A stretch of 64,000 nucleotides of DNA, taken from positions 40,485,210 to 40,549,209 of the forward strand of contig NC_068987.1 in NCBI RefSeq assembly GCF_001194135.2, written 5' to 3'. The notes below the pieces were generated by a model. It was given only the letters and a program-made list of their open reading frames with translations, was not told where the DNA came from and ran no database searches. The position numbers were made by a program, and so were the translations under genes. The DNA comes from Octopus bimaculoides (Eukaryota). Shown here piece after piece: positions 25,871 through 40,329 of this stretch. Positions within the stretch are counted from its first letter, which is position 1. Each line of letters opens with the position of its first letter.

Positions 25871-27606
25871 GTGCCTTCATCAGAGGAAATTTGTGTTTGC
25901 AAACATGGAATTCCTCCAATTTCCTGACACGGGAAAAGTAGTTGACTATATGTTGACCCATCTTAGATGCAAATGGAACTGGTCTAACAGAGATAACACC
26001 AACCTACTCACATTTATTGCCAGTAGAATTTCATTCCAGAATATTTTGTTTGCCAAATTTACTAACCATGATGCATTCCTCCATCCAGTTTCAGGGAGGT
26101 CATGTACCTCAGGCCGATGAGTCAAATGAGTCACCTATACAGCTAAGTGCTTTATAGGTGTGAAACCAATGGTTACTCTCTGACCAGCCATAACAAACAA
26201 CCCTATAAGTATATATGTATGTGTGTGTGTGGTAGTTGTAAATGGATTTTTCTTTTTCTTTATAATGTTTCACTCATTAGACTATGGTCATGTTGGAGCA
26301 CTACCTTGAAGGGTTTAGTTGAACAAATCAACCCCAATACTTTTTTTTAAAATCTGGTACTTATTCTATAAGTCTCTTTTTGCCAAACTGCTAACTTACA
26401 GAGATATAAACAAACCAACACTGGTAGTGATGGACAAACAGACACGCACACAAGCATGCACACATGCACACACATACACAATGGGCTTCTTTCAGTTTTC
26501 ATCTACCAAATCCACTTGCAAGGATTTGGTTAGCCTGAGACTATAGTAGAAGATGCATGCCTAAGTGTTATATAGTGGAACCATGTGGCTGGGAAGCAAA
26601 CTTCTTACCACACAGCCAAGCCTTTGTTTCCAATACTTTGTAAAACATGCCTGGCCATGGTGAAATATTACCCTGCTTGGAAACAGATGAAGGTTGATGT
26701 CAAGAAGGGCATCTGACCATAGAAACTCTACCTCAAAATATTCTATCAGACCCATGTAGGCTTGGAAAAGTGAATGTTAAAACTATGATGATGATGATTC
26801 CCCATAATATATATGAAGCTTATTATTGCAGAGACCAGTAGGGTACAGATATACAATACATAAAACAATAAATGTTGTATGCATAGTGGGGAGGGAGCAC
26901 CATTCTAGTGGTCAGCCCAGAGTGTATGTACATGAATTATGATACATAAAATTGAGGACTCATTACTAAACATAATAAACAATTTTATTTCTCAGGAAAT
27001 ATCATGTTTTATAGCCAGAATATCAGTGAAGGTACATCTTCAGGGTTGTTTTATCTGTTAGAAACAACAAGCAAATCTTTCTCTCTCACTCTCAAATCTC
27101 ATTTCCACCAACTTTAAAATGCTCCAACATTGTCTGACTTGTATAAGCACAGGAAAGTAATGATGATGATTATGATATATACTCATACATTATTCTTAAT
27201 ATTGTTTTCATTAATTTTTTCATGCATTCCTGGACTAATAAGTATCTTTTACTGAAAGAATCAGTTTTACAACAGGATGCCATTCAACTTGGAAGTGGGT
27301 GTGGACCTCATAATATAGTGTTGAGTCAAAAGTTTTGCAATATTTTTATAACATATTTGCTTTATTTGTCAAGTTACAACAAAAGCAGCCTAGCATCTAA
27401 AGTAGAGACCATTATGTTGCACTGTCTGAAGCCACCTTTCTGCCTCTCCATGCCTTGCACAAGTGCCCCATACAAGGTTAATCACAAGATTCAAACTTAT
27501 GTCTTCTGAGCAGGTTGTCCAATACCTTAAACACTGCTTCTGTACAAAAAGATTAAAGACTTTAAACATTAAAGGAGCCACAGTACACTCTCACACACAC
27601 ATACAC

Positions 27607-27639
<33 letters not shown>

Positions 27640-27654
27640 NNNNNNNNNNCACAC

Positions 27655-27698
<44 letters not shown>

Positions 27699-27986
27699 AC
27701 AAAAAACATAACATCACATTACAAACACAAGATAATGGAAGGAGCTTCCATGTAGTCCAACACATTAGAAATAACAGTGAAACCAATGTCAAATTACCCC
27801 ATACTTCTTGAAAAAAAGCAAAACAAAAAAATGAGAGAGATAATTTGGAAGCTGTAATCCTTGGAAGGAAACAATGAACATGGCTGGAATAGTAGTAATC
27901 TTAGGTCTGTTCAGTTAGAGCCATACTAGTGTTTAGCACATTCAATATAATACCAGTTGTTGAAATATAAAAAAGAATTATTTTAC

Positions 27987-28071
27987 CTGATGAGATCTGC
28001 AAACAGATCTTCTGCATATATGACGACCTTGACTCTCCCAGGATTGTCTTGATTTATATCTCTTCTGGTAC
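27987..28071 (-). CDS. Internal coding exon (85 nt, phase 1 to 2) of the same SLC1 gene; encodes (G)TRRDINQDNPGRVKVVIYAEDLFADLI(R)
   Basis: Minus strand reads gcattgtag|GTACCAGA...CTCATCAG|gtaaaa. DLFADLIR corresponds to the SLC1 D-x-F-L-D-L-I-R motif. Phases match both neighbouring exons. Confidence 0.92.
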
Positions 28072-28764
28072 CTACAATGCGATATATACACTACAGTATA
28101 GCATATATTACTTATGTTGACAAATATACAGTATAGTTAAAAAAAATTTATTTGCACTGTGTACAGCAAGATCTGGAATGATTATTTGCATATGTATTTT
28201 TAATATGTCCAGACAGGTTCAGATGCAAAATATGCTGGTTGCTGTAGTGTATGTCATAAGAGGATAACTTCTCTCTCTTACAAGTGTATTCAACACATTT
28301 GGCTCATTGGTGCACAGGATTTTGGGACACCAGTGTTTTGACATGTTGTGTTGCATAAGTCAGAAGCACCTGGACCTTTGAACCTAAACCTACAGATTTT
28401 GCTGTACATGATACAAATAATATTTTATCAGTTGGCAGATATTAAGCACCAATCAGCACTTTATTCACTGCAAGTATAAACAAAACCAGCTTGGTTTAGG
28501 CTCAGAGGTTTGGGTGCTTAAGACTCATGAGACACAAGATGTCGAAACACTGGTATCCCGGAATCCCATGTACCAACAAGCCAAGTGTTTCAAAAACAAT
28601 GTTGTTGTAAAAGATAAGATATTTTCCTATGATGTACACCACAGCAACCAGCATATTTTGCATCTGAACCTGCCTAGACATATTAAGAATATATATGCAA
28701 TTAATTGATACAGTATAGTATATACTATATAGACATACATACATTATATATACAATATAGTATA

Positions 28765-29600
28765 CAGGGTGTTTAGGCTAGATTTGACAGTTTGCATAAA
28801 AGGAAAAGAAAATACAATTTCCCACACAAAAATTAAAGTATTTAAAAAAAAATTCAAAAAATATCAACTAGATTACAGCTGGGAGATAGCAGCTTACTCA
28901 AAGTCTTCCACCATGGCCTCAAGAATCTGATGTATGCCTTCCTCACTGTATCCCTGGGAAGATCTTTGAACACATCCTTGATCTTGGCCACCAGCTCAGC
29001 CCTTGTGTTGCAGGATTACTATCCTTGCTCTGATCTCCCATCACCTTGTCCTACAGTTGTTGGATGAATTCAAATGTCCAGACACAGTCAGATTATCTGC
29101 TGTGGCCATTCCTGCTAGTCATGCTTTCTCCAATATACTGATAGTCAACATTTGCCTGCCATACCAGAAGCAGTAAAAGATTGTAATCATTGATAAATTT
29201 TTCAGATGATTTTTTTTTTTTTTGAAGTTGATAAAACTTTTAACACCTATTCCATTTCTTCTTAATTTGACACTTTTAGCATCAGTGAAGAAACTGAATC
29301 TTCCTTCGGCCTTAGGAAAGCCAAACTGACATTTTCTGACCACATTTCTTCATCCTTTTCCATAAATTCTCCAGCAAGCTTTGCTGCATGAATGCATTTG
29401 AAAATGACTGGCCAAATTGTAATGTGTGAGGCTAGACAATGAACATGACAATCTGCAAGCAATATAATGTTCTATAATTTTGGGAATTTTTTCTGGAGAA
29501 TTTTTGTCATCAACAGGTACTTGATCCACTCAAATTTTCATATGAACCTGAGAGGACTTTCTTTGTTAATACTCTACTCTCCAAAATTTATGTGTGATGT
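28765..29600 (-). mobile_element. Decayed Tc1/mariner-superfamily transposon
   Basis: The left end is TA|CAGGGTG. Minus-strand SCNTRAELVAKIKDVFKDLPRDTVRKAYIRF resembles the transposase C-terminus. The right end is not resolved. Confidence 0.6.
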
Positions 29601-29964
29601 TGCCAAAAATTGGATTGTCTCTTTTTTATCAAAAACACTTTATTCATTATAGCTTGTAATCAGTGACAAAAATATTCACCAACATCATTTACACACAAAG
29701 TGCTTGTTTTGACAGTTTGCATGTATATATTTTTATGAACAAACCTTGAAGAACTGAGTGAGTATTTTACAGAATAGAATCTTAAACACACAATAGCAGA
29801 GAAAACAGCTTAGAAGATTGAGTAAATACCCTTATAAGACACAAAAGTGACCAGCAAGCCATAACAGAGAATCAAGCCCTGTACCTCTAAAATTTTGGCT
29901 AAGTTCTCAGTGCCATGAAGCTAAGTGACCCCCTGATATTAGATACCATCTTGTATAATGCTAA

Positions 29965-32788
29965 CCATCATCATCAAGATCCTTTAACTGATGCAGCCAG
30001 TCGTTGGGGTTCACTCTAGACACTTTAATAGTCAGCTGTCACTACTGGTCTATGTCCTCTCATGCATAACAGGTTTACTATGTTGTGACCTGTCCAGTCT
30101 TTGATGCTGTCAAACCAGGTTTTCTGTCTGCCTTTCTTTCACCCTCCTTCAGCTGTGCCTTGAAAAACGGTTCTGGGCAGGGAGTTGCAGGCAGTATACA
30201 TGACCTTCCCAGGCAAGCTTTTGCCTTTTTACCTGTACAAGAAGTGGTTCCTGCCTGTCAGCGTATTCATTGATTTGCTGACTGACAAAGCAATTTTTGT
30301 GTTCTTTGTACAGGATGTGTAATAGCCTTCTGAAGCACTTATGCTTAAATACCTGAATTATTCACTTCATGTCAGCTGTAAGAGTCCAGCTCTCACACCC
30401 ATACAGAAGGATCAATGTCACCAGGGTCTTGTATACTGAGTCTTGTTGGAAAACTAATGGAATTGCTTTTCCATATGGAGTTCAGCCTCATCATGGCAGC
30501 AGAGGCTAAATTGAGTCTTGTTGTTATCTCCTTTTGAGATCTGCCATCCTTGGTCAAAGTGGATCCTAAGTACTTGAAGGTATCCACCTCCTTAAGTCTC
30601 TTTCTGTTTACCATGATGTTTGTTGCTATGTTTTGGCTGCTACTATTAACCAGGATTTTGCTCTTTTCTGGGCTGATCTCCATCTGTATGCTCCTGATAC
30701 TTTTTCCAGTCTGGGGGTGAGCTCCTGTAGTTCTGCTTTTTAACAGGTCAATATCATCAGCAATGTGCAGGTTGGAAAATGGCCATTCTCCAATGGAAAT
30801 GGAGGGATGGAGGTCTTCAAGTGTTTCCTGCATGATGTTCTCCAAGAAGATGTTAAAAAGCACTGGAAAGAGGGCATAGCCTTTTTGAACACCCACTGGT
30901 GTCCTTAAGAATTCTCCAATGTTGTTCAGAACTGCACTGCTTGAGTTTTCATTACTTCAATGTTGTTGTCAAAGTTGTAATTTTCCATTACATGACACAA
31001 CCCATTGTGCCAAACATGGTCAAAGCCTTTTTTGAAGTGATGAAGTTGTGGAAGGATGGAGGAACTTACAAACTTTATAGGTATGCCAGGAATATCAAAG
31101 GGCTAGTTGAAGTTAGTGGACTGGATTTGGTCACACAGCAACAGAAGGCCACAAACTGTGATATAGTGGAAATGACATCAAGCATGAACATGGAGTGGGC
31201 TTCAATGTTAACAAAGTAAGAGTAAGTTCAGTCATCAGCTGTACAACAGCATCCAGCAGGCTCATCACCATACGTGGCTGCAAGACTACTGAATATTACC
31301 ATCATACAAATGGTGTCATTGTACCAATGACAATTAATATACCAAAGCTTGATGGTGCCATTGAGAAATTCTATGAAGACCTGAAGAGAATCACCAAGGC
31401 AGCTCCTAAAAGAGATGTTCTCAATGTCCTAAGAGACTGAAACACCAAAGTAGGCCTGGATACATATGACTAATTGGCTGGGACAGTAGGACAATTCAGG
31501 ATCAGAAAAACCAACCATCATGGACGGTGACTCCTAGAATTTGCTAGCAAGCACAAGCTGACATTGTTCCCACACAGAACAACATGGTATGCACCCAATG
31601 GCAAGTATCCCAACCAAATTGACTTCATCCTTGCACATTAAAAGTTCAAGTTCAGCATTAAGAAGGTTAGAATGAGGACTTTCCTTGGTGATGACAATGA
31701 AGCTCAAACTGAAAAGGGTCCACAAGAAAAGAGACACATGTATTAGATTTGAGGTAGACAAACTAAAAGATTGCATCAGAGTTTGAAACGAAAGTGGGTG
31801 GCAGGTTTGCAGCCCTTAACCTTCTGGAAGATGATATAAACTCCCAGACTGAAAATATCAAGGAAGCACTTCAGAAAATGGTTCTAGAAGTCTTAAGGAG
31901 AGAAAGAAAGAAAAAGAAACCATGGGTCACTGACTGATGACATGTTGGATCTATGTGATTTAAGACAGGCTCTGAGGAAAACCAAGCTAATAGATCAAGA
32001 GGCAAGTCAGCAATACAATGCTGTGAATAGGAAGGTTAGGAAGAAAATGAGGGAAAGCCAAAGAGGAATGGATAACAGACTAGTGCAAAATAATCGAAGC
32101 TGGGACAAAGAAGGGCAACCACCCTAACGAAAACAAAGAAACACACTACCAATATCATTCAGAACAAAACAAGCCAGCTTCTCACATAAGAATGATGTCA
32201 TCAAAAGATGAGTAATGCAAATACCTTTACAATCACAAATTCAAACATGACAGCAACATACAAGACAATCCCTCCTCCTCTTCCAATAACAACAACAACA
32301 GCAGCAGCAACAACAGAGAACTTGGGGATACTCCAATTCTCCAGAAGGAGGTCAGAGAGGTAATGCGCATGCTCAAAGATGGGAAATCTTCAAGAGTGAA
32401 TAACATCTTATCAGAGCTCCTAAAACACAGAAAGCCAAAGCTTGTCAAGACACTAACAGTTATCTGTCAGAAGAAATGGAAGATGAAACAGTGACCAAAG
32501 GAGTGGACCCAGTTACTGATGATATCCATTCCAAAGGAAGGCAACTTTAAGACTCTGCCAGAATTACAGAACAATCAGCCTAATTAGCCACCCTGGCAAA
32601 ATATTGCTAAGAGTTCTGCTTAATAGGCAGAAGGGGAAGGCAGAAGAAATCCTTGCAGAAGAACAGGCAGGTTTTAGGCCTCAAAGGAATACTGTGGAGC
32701 AGATATTAAACACTAGATTGTTCACTGAGAAACATCTGCAACACCAAACTGATCTCTATCAAAATTTCATTGACTTCAAAAAGGCCTT
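29965..32788 (-). mobile_element. RTE/BovB-like LINE with inverted 5' portion; 11-bp TSD TATAATGCTAA
   Basis: The 3' RT half is on the minus strand (about 31060 to 29970, GAT tail). The EN and 5' RT half is on the plus strand (about 31150-32788). TATAATGCTAA occurs at 29954-29964 and 32789-32799. Confidence 0.85.
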
Positions 32789-34748
32789 TATAATGCTAAA
32801 TATATTAAAATGACAAAAATATATTGATTTATTAAAATGATCACATTTTTTGCATCACTTAAAGTCACACCACTTTTTCTGTAGCAAATATTTTTTTGAC
32901 AAGGTTTTCACCATAAGATCCCTCTCATAGTGCACTTTCATGGGAAAACAACTACTGTATAGTGTTATTTCATAATAGCTGAGATAGTTTGATTCAAAAT
33001 CAATTTTGAGGGTTATTCACCCATATTTTTCGTCACTTAAAGCCTTACTACTTTTATCATACCTAATAATTTTTAACACAATTTTCGCCGAAAGATTCTT
33101 CTCATTGAGCACATTCTTTGAAACCCAATTAACCTATACTTTCATTTTAAAAGGCCTGAGATATTTTGATTCAAAGTCAATTTTTCACCTTACTCTCCCA
33201 ATTTTGACCTCACATATTTTGATCTAGCATTTTTTCTAATGAACAAAATTTCAATTATTTTATCTCCAAATGTAGCTTAAGACTGAACCATCACTACCAA
33301 AAAAAAAAAAAAAAAAAAAAAAAAAACTGAATTAATGATGAAATCTAGAAATACTCAAGAGTAACTAAAAGTTGACCTTAAGAATATATTCATCCATTGC
33401 TAAGTGTGAATGATATATATCTTTTATCTTTTCCTTGTTTCAGGCACCACCTTGGAGAATTTTTAGTCGAATGAATCAACCCCAGTACTTTTTCCTTTTT
33501 CTTTAAGCCTGATACTTATTCTATTGGTCTCCTGGCTGAACTGCTAAGTTATGGGGACATAAACACACCAACACCAGTTATCAAGTGATGGTTGGGGGGA
33601 AAACACTGACACAAAGACACATATGATGGGCATCATTCATTTTCTGTGTACCAAATCCACTCACAAGGCTTTGGTTGACCTGAGGTTATAGTAGAAGACA
33701 CTTGTTCAAAATGCCACGCAGTGAGACTGAACCTGGAACTATGTGACTGGGAAGCAAGCTTCTTACCACACCTGTGCCTACATATGTATATCACAGATTT
33801 TCTATAGAAATTCTCGCCTGCACAAATTTTGTTACAATGTTTCATAACCGAGATGCCAGATGTAAACAAACAATAAAATCAAAGACGAAAAATGGGTGAT
33901 GGGTGTATTTCAGGTGATGGGACATATTTTAGGAAGTTTTGCTCCTTCATCAGCACCCATCCGACCATTAATCATCCATGGACTCATTGCTTAAATAACC
34001 ACTAAATACAATAATGTAACATTGGATATATCAATTTTACACATCAAATACATTCCTGGAAGCTGGTATGTAAATATTAATGACTTGTAAGGACACAGTA
34101 TTTCATTATGCGACATGATATACTACAAAGTATATTAAACATTTTTATAACATCACTTGTTAAGATTATCTCTACAGATTTTTAGAAAATCTGTACAAAT
34201 AATCTTAACAAGCGATGTAAAAGCACTGCTAACACAATAGAACATGGTACTGACTTATAAAAACGTTTAATATACTCTGTAGCATATTATGGTTGCATAA
34301 TGAAAAATTGTGTTATATCTATCATCATCATCATCATCATCATCGTCGTCATTTAACATCCGCTTTCCATGCTGGCATGGGCTGGATGGTTTGACTGGCA
34401 CCTGGTGAACCAGATGGCTGCACCAGGCTCCAATCTGATCTGGCAGAGTTTCTACAGCTGGACGCCCTTCCTAATGCCAACCACTCCAGGAGTGTAGTAG
34501 GTGCTTTTACGTGCCACTGGCACGAGGGCCAGTCTGCCAATACTGGCAATGGCCACGCTCAAATGGTGTTTTTACGTTGTCACCTGCACAGGAACCAGTC
34601 CAGCAGCACTGGCAATGCCCTCGCTCGAATGTTGTTTTTCATGTACCACTGGCACAAGTGCCAGTAAGGTGACGCTGGTAATGAACACGCTCGAATGGTG
34701 CTTTTTATGTGCCACCGGCACACACACACACACACATATATATATATA

Positions 34749-35575
34749 CAGGGTAAATTGTCACCATTTTATATTTTTTATTTTGTGCATGCACATTGTT
34801 TGTTTTTGATTTTGTCAACTACACAGTATAGTAGGGTCAGTTGGTCACCATCTGTAAGAAAAACAGCACCATGACACAATTCACTCTGCCAGAAATTTAG
34901 AAACAACATGCTGTCCTGCTCGGTATTCGCGCCAGAAGCTCTAATACAAACATTTCAGAGTGTCTGGGTGTCAATCGGAGAACATGTACCAAGAGTGATA
35001 AAAATCAAACCTCCAGTCAACATCATGGTGTTTTGAGTGATGACTAGCAATGGCAACGTTATGCTTCCATTCATCTTCCCACACACCATGGAGGAGGTAG
35101 CGCTGCTCTGGATCAAGAGGGTAATTGCTGGAAGACCCTATGTCTGGCAACAGGACTCTGCAACCATGCCAAACAAGCAAGAGAACCCAGTTGTGGCTAT
35201 CAGACAATTTCTGTAACCCCATCACTCCTAACATCTGGTCACCTAACTCCTCAGACTGCAACCCCCTTGATTATTATGTGTGGGGCACAGTTGAGCGAGA
35301 GATCAACAAAACTCCTTGTAACACCAAAGATGAACTGAAGGCAAGGATTATGGCAGCATTCACCAACTTAAACAAGAAGATCATCTAGAAGAGCTGCAGG
35401 AGATTCTGAATTCGTCTGGAGGCTGTAGTTGAAGCCAATGGCAATTTTATTGAATAAATTCACTCCTTAGTATTTCAAGATATTTTTATGTAATTTTGGT
35501 AAATATATCTTAAAATAAAATGTCAATGTTATTTTCAATTTTGCATAATTTAGATGACTGTTTATTCACTGCACC

Positions 35576-35578
<3 letters not shown>
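34749..35578 (+). mobile_element. Decayed Tc1/mariner-superfamily transposon
   Basis: TA|CAGGG...CCCTG|TA ends; WSPNSSDCNPLDYYVWGTVERE...CNTKDELKARIM transposase motif. Confidence 0.85.
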
Positions 35579-35628
<50 letters not shown>

Positions 35629-35669
35629 AACACATATATGTACACACATTTATGCAGATATATGCATAC

Positions 35670-35718
<49 letters not shown>

Positions 35719-36210
35719 AGCACATGCATATATACATACACATACATATATACATACATATACATACACACACATACACAATCCCCCACATACACTATTA
35801 CCCAATACCTCCCAACCCCTAATTCTCATCACCCCTATTTCACCTTGCACCTCCATGCATTCCCCCACAACACACAGTTGTCAATCTTCAGAATACACAC
35901 ACCACTCAAACAAGCGCACATTAACTGCTATACACAAGCGTTTGCACACACACACATACACACACAATAGCCTCACACATACTATACGTAGCTTCACACA
36001 TATACACATGTCTATACACACACACATAAATACACAAAACACACATCACTCCACACAATGCATGCACTGGGTTACTTATACACATATATATGCATGCTTC
36101 CATACACACACACAGGCTCATAAAATTAAGCTCACCCACACAAACATTCACATGTGCTTGCCCCCATTCACACATATACACTCACACACACCATTCTTAC
36201 ATACACACAT
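35579..36210. repeat. (TA)n/(CA)n microsatellite and degenerate CA-rich tract
   Basis: Directly visible; it explains the stack of YIYI/THTH ORFs. Confidence 0.9.
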
Positions 36211-36499
36211 GCACTTGCACACCCTAATTCGGCTGGGTCACTGCTATTTCCCTTTCACTCAGCTTCTTTTTTCAGGTCATTTCATCATGTTGAACCATTA
36301 ATCCCTACACATTTTTTTCTCGATTATTTTTTCATTCTCTTGCCATTTTTTTCCTCTCACTCCTTTCTGCCAAAGAGTTTAGGCTCAAAATGTCAAAGAC
36401 TATTCCATTCTTTCTAAGCGTCAAACTAATACACCCACTTATTGTTCCCTCACTTGGCTTCAACTTTTGTTTTCTGTAAATTTGGACTATATATTACAT

Positions 36500-39400
36500 A
36501 GGCTCACATAGTCAATCCAGTCTGATCCTGCCTGACTGAACTTCCTCCTCTCTTGGACTCTCATCTCTCCTACCTTCTTGAACTTTCAGTACCTCTCCTC
36601 GTCCACCTAACCATTTCTCCATTGTATCTTCAAACTCTTTTGGACTCTACCACCATGGATCTTACTAGCTACTTTCATTGATGTATATGGTACTAACCTA
36701 TCACAACTTCTCAAACTTTCAGAACTTTTCGAACTTCTTACATTGATAACTAAGACATTTTCTCTCTTCTTTTATCTTTTTTATCTCCTATTCCTCATTC
36801 CAGCATGCTTCACCACAAATCCCTCCTCCTCCACTTACACTATTGTCTCAAACATTACCTGACTTTGCTTCCTTTCTGTTGCTTCCAACTTCTCTCAACC
36901 TTTCCTTACTCATTTTCAAAAGAACATGTTTCTCCAGTCACATTTCCTTTCTCAGTCACTGCCTTCATCACAACTTCATCCGCAAAGGTTTCCGCTTCCC
37001 TTTCCACCCTACCTTTCATTCTGCTTCCACCATCTTATCCTTCCTCCATTCCACTTTCTGCCATCCCATGCATGCCATTATCCATTCTAATCTCTCCAAA
37101 ACATACCCTTGGCCACCTTCTCCCTCTTGCTTACTCCATCTTAGATCTGAAAAGGATGTGTGTTCTTTCAGTTATACATAGCTTACATTTTTTTGATCCA
37201 TTGACATGTGACATGGATTTTTCAAGTATTTTCCAAATTAATTGTATGTGGTGTGGAGTTAGACTTCAAACCCGATACATGGCTAGCCAACTTAGTGGTT
37301 TTACTTTTGTTCCTCTGCAGGAAGGAAGATATGAAGTTAGCATAACAATTTTTAAAGTTACCTTCATGTAGCCCAATGTAGGTCTTCTTTTCAGTTATGT
37401 TATCATTTAGTGTTGCTGTAACTTCGGCCTCATATATGCCAGATTTAATCATACATCCCTGTTCAAGTGGACAGGTTCATGGGTCTTGACAGTTACAACT
37501 GGTGGCTCTTGGTGGTGTTTGTATGTAATGATGCTTTTTATATTGGGGCAGCAGCTATACGATAATTTAACTGAATGCCTGTTGAATATTTTTCTGTATC
37601 TGTGATTTTCTGGAAAATGTTTGTCACACATGAATCTTTTACCTATGTTGGTTTTTAACATTAAGGGAAAGGTTGGGGGACCAAATTATTCTTCTAGGTT
37701 TATTTTTATTATTCATATTATTACTAGAGGGATAGTATATTGATTCATCATTAAAGCCACTATTTGCTAGGGCATTGTTGTAGTATGGGGCTGCCTTCTT
37801 GAAAATTTCTTTAGAAATTAAAGAAACTTAATTGTGTGAATATGTAAGAATGGCATGTGAATGTTTGTGAGTGAGCTTAAAATTATGTGAGCCTGTGTGA
37901 ACATATGGGAGCATATATGTGTATGTGTATAAGTAACCTTGTGTGTGCATTGTGTGGAGTGAAGTGTGTTTCATGCATTTATGTGTGTGTATGTGTGTGA
38001 GGCTGCGTATAGCATGTGTGCGAGGCTATCGTGTGTGGGTGCATGTGCAAAGGCTTGTGTGTAGCAGTTAGTGTGTGCTTGTTCAAGTAATCTGCACATA
38101 TGTGTGCATGTGTGTGTGACCCTATAGTGTGCATGTGGATTGTGTATGAGAGAGCAGGCGATGCAACAGATGACATTGCTGGAGGAGCAGGTAGAGGAAC
38201 CAGTGATGAGATAGGGGCAGTGGTGAGTGTTGGTGAGGGTAGTGGTGTTGGAGAGGTAGGGGCAGGTGCAACAGTATGAGCAAGAGCATGGGAAGGAGCC
38301 AGGTTGGGCGCCAGAAGTAGGGAAGAAACTGCAGACTAGAAGATCACACAGATTATGGCTGCATTTGAAGGAGGAGAGGGTGGGTTAGGGAAGATATGGG
38401 AGGTGGAGGGTCATATTGGAATCAACAGAAGACTCAGAGAAAACTTTTGGGAGGGGAGGGTGGAGGGGTGGTAGGTTAGATGATAAGGGAGGCAAGTAAT
38501 GGTGGGGTGGGTGCAGGGAGAGAGAGCAGAGGCACAGGCAATGGATTGTGCATGGGCAAGGGCAGTTTGGGTAATAGTGAGGGATATCCATGTTGGGTGA
38601 AGTGGTGAACTGAATTCTAGATCTGAAATTTTCAGCAGTCATAAACATATGGATAAGTTCTTGTTGGTGAATTGGAAAATACCACCCTCTCTGAATTGAA
38701 CAGTTGTATCGCAGACTTTAGATCACTATCTATTTACCCTTATGGTTTTAAGTTCAAAGGGAACAAAACTCTGATTCTCACCCTCTTTCTCTTTTCTGTT
38801 TTCTTTTTCGTTTTCCAATTTTTCAACCTTCCACCTTTTACATCTACTTCCTTCTCACTTTTTCTCATCTTTTCCTATCATCTTGTTTGAGCTTGTTATG
38901 CAATGTGGGCACAACCTGAAGATTGTGTGAAGGTACCAGACATGTTAAAAAATGCTGTCTGAGATGTTTACATTGCATAAAACTATTAGTAGCTCATAAA
39001 AATATATATTGTATTTTCTAAATTATATGTATATATATATATTTATGTATATATATATATATATATATAAAATACAAAAATGGGACAAGAACGCAAAACA
39101 TTCAGACAGTTAGGTAACACAAAAAAGGGACAACAAATCATCCAGATAGATGATACAAAGAAAACAAGGATGGGTCATTCAGAGTTTTCTTTCTTCAGTC
39201 GAGTTCCAGATTATCTTTGCAATTTCAGCTGGTTATACTCGAGATTGCTCCAATCTGGCCAGCCCCAAGGAAAAACTAAGCTAAGAGCACTAGATTCCTT
39301 GTAAGAAAGCAACAAATGTATACGAAAACAAGGACGGAAAAAAACAGAGAAATGGTACACAAATACAAATAAGAAGATACAGGAGGATAAGTTGATTATG
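36500..39400 (-). mobile_element. Fragmented Penelope-like element(s) including a GIY-YIG remnant
   Basis: KSGIYEAEV...KKTYIGLHEGNFKNCY (GIY-YIG) and YRKIFNRHSVKLSYSCCPNIKSII; interleaved with CA-rich tracts, so boundaries are approximate. Confidence 0.65.
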
Positions 39401-40329
39401 ATTTTATTCAAGATTCACACACTTATTGCAACAGTCTTTCAGTTTTTCTAAGCTCTGTAAAAAAACTCAGAAGACTGGGCCTCCAACCAGGCCTTTCACA
39501 ATACCCTTAAAGTTAGGAACTTTTCAGCACCCCCTCATATGTTAGGATAGATACATTGTCACATTGATAAGTGAAATAGTATACAGGCAATCTTTAAAAC
39601 ATGAACACTGACAAACACATGTACAAAGGCAAAAATACATATTCACACACATGTAAGGGTTATTAAGATAAACAAATAAATTATACAAACTTTTTAGTAC
39701 GTTAGTATATATATACACACACATGTGCACACACACATAAATATATATGCATGCACACACAAAATTATGATAAAAAAACTATATTGTAAAAAAACTAAAT
39801 AATCATTTAAATATTACAAATAATAATAACCCTTTCAAATAAAGGTACAGCGATAGAATTTAGAGGCATGGGACTACTCAATTAACCTCAGAGCATAACT
39901 GGTACTAATTATATTGACTTCAAAAGAATGAATGGCAAAGTTAACCAACATGGAATTTGAACTCAGAATATAAAGATAGATGAAATGCCACTAAGCATTT
40001 GTCTGGCTTATTAACGATTCAATCAGCTTTCCACTTTATCAAAGATGATGATGATGATAATATTTTCTATTATAGGCATAATGCCTGACATTTTGGGGGA
40101 GGGGGATAGTTGATTATGTTGACTCCAGTGCTTGACTGGTACTTATTTAATTGACCCCGAAAGGATGAAAGGTAAGGTCAACAATGGCAGAATTTGAATT
40201 CAGAATGTAAGGTTGGATGAAATGCTGCTAAGCATTTTACCTGTTGTACTAATAATAAAGAGAATATAATAAACAAAATTTAAAAAAAAGGAAAAACTTA
40301 TCCTTATTTTGTGAATTAAAGAGGGATCG

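Noticed and set aside
35510-36301. Stacked ORFs on both strands; similar cases at 14771-15233, 24822-25151, 27463-27792 and 45355-45580
   Set aside because: Read-through of (TA)n, (CA)n and (GAA)n microsatellites.
39170-39205. CTGAAGAAAG...CTGAAT on the minus strand; also CCGAAGAAGGTCC...GGATG at about 59845-59875 and CTGATGACCTCTGAAAC at about 22660
   Set aside because: Each lacks either the GAAA core or a pairable stem II; at best dead relics.
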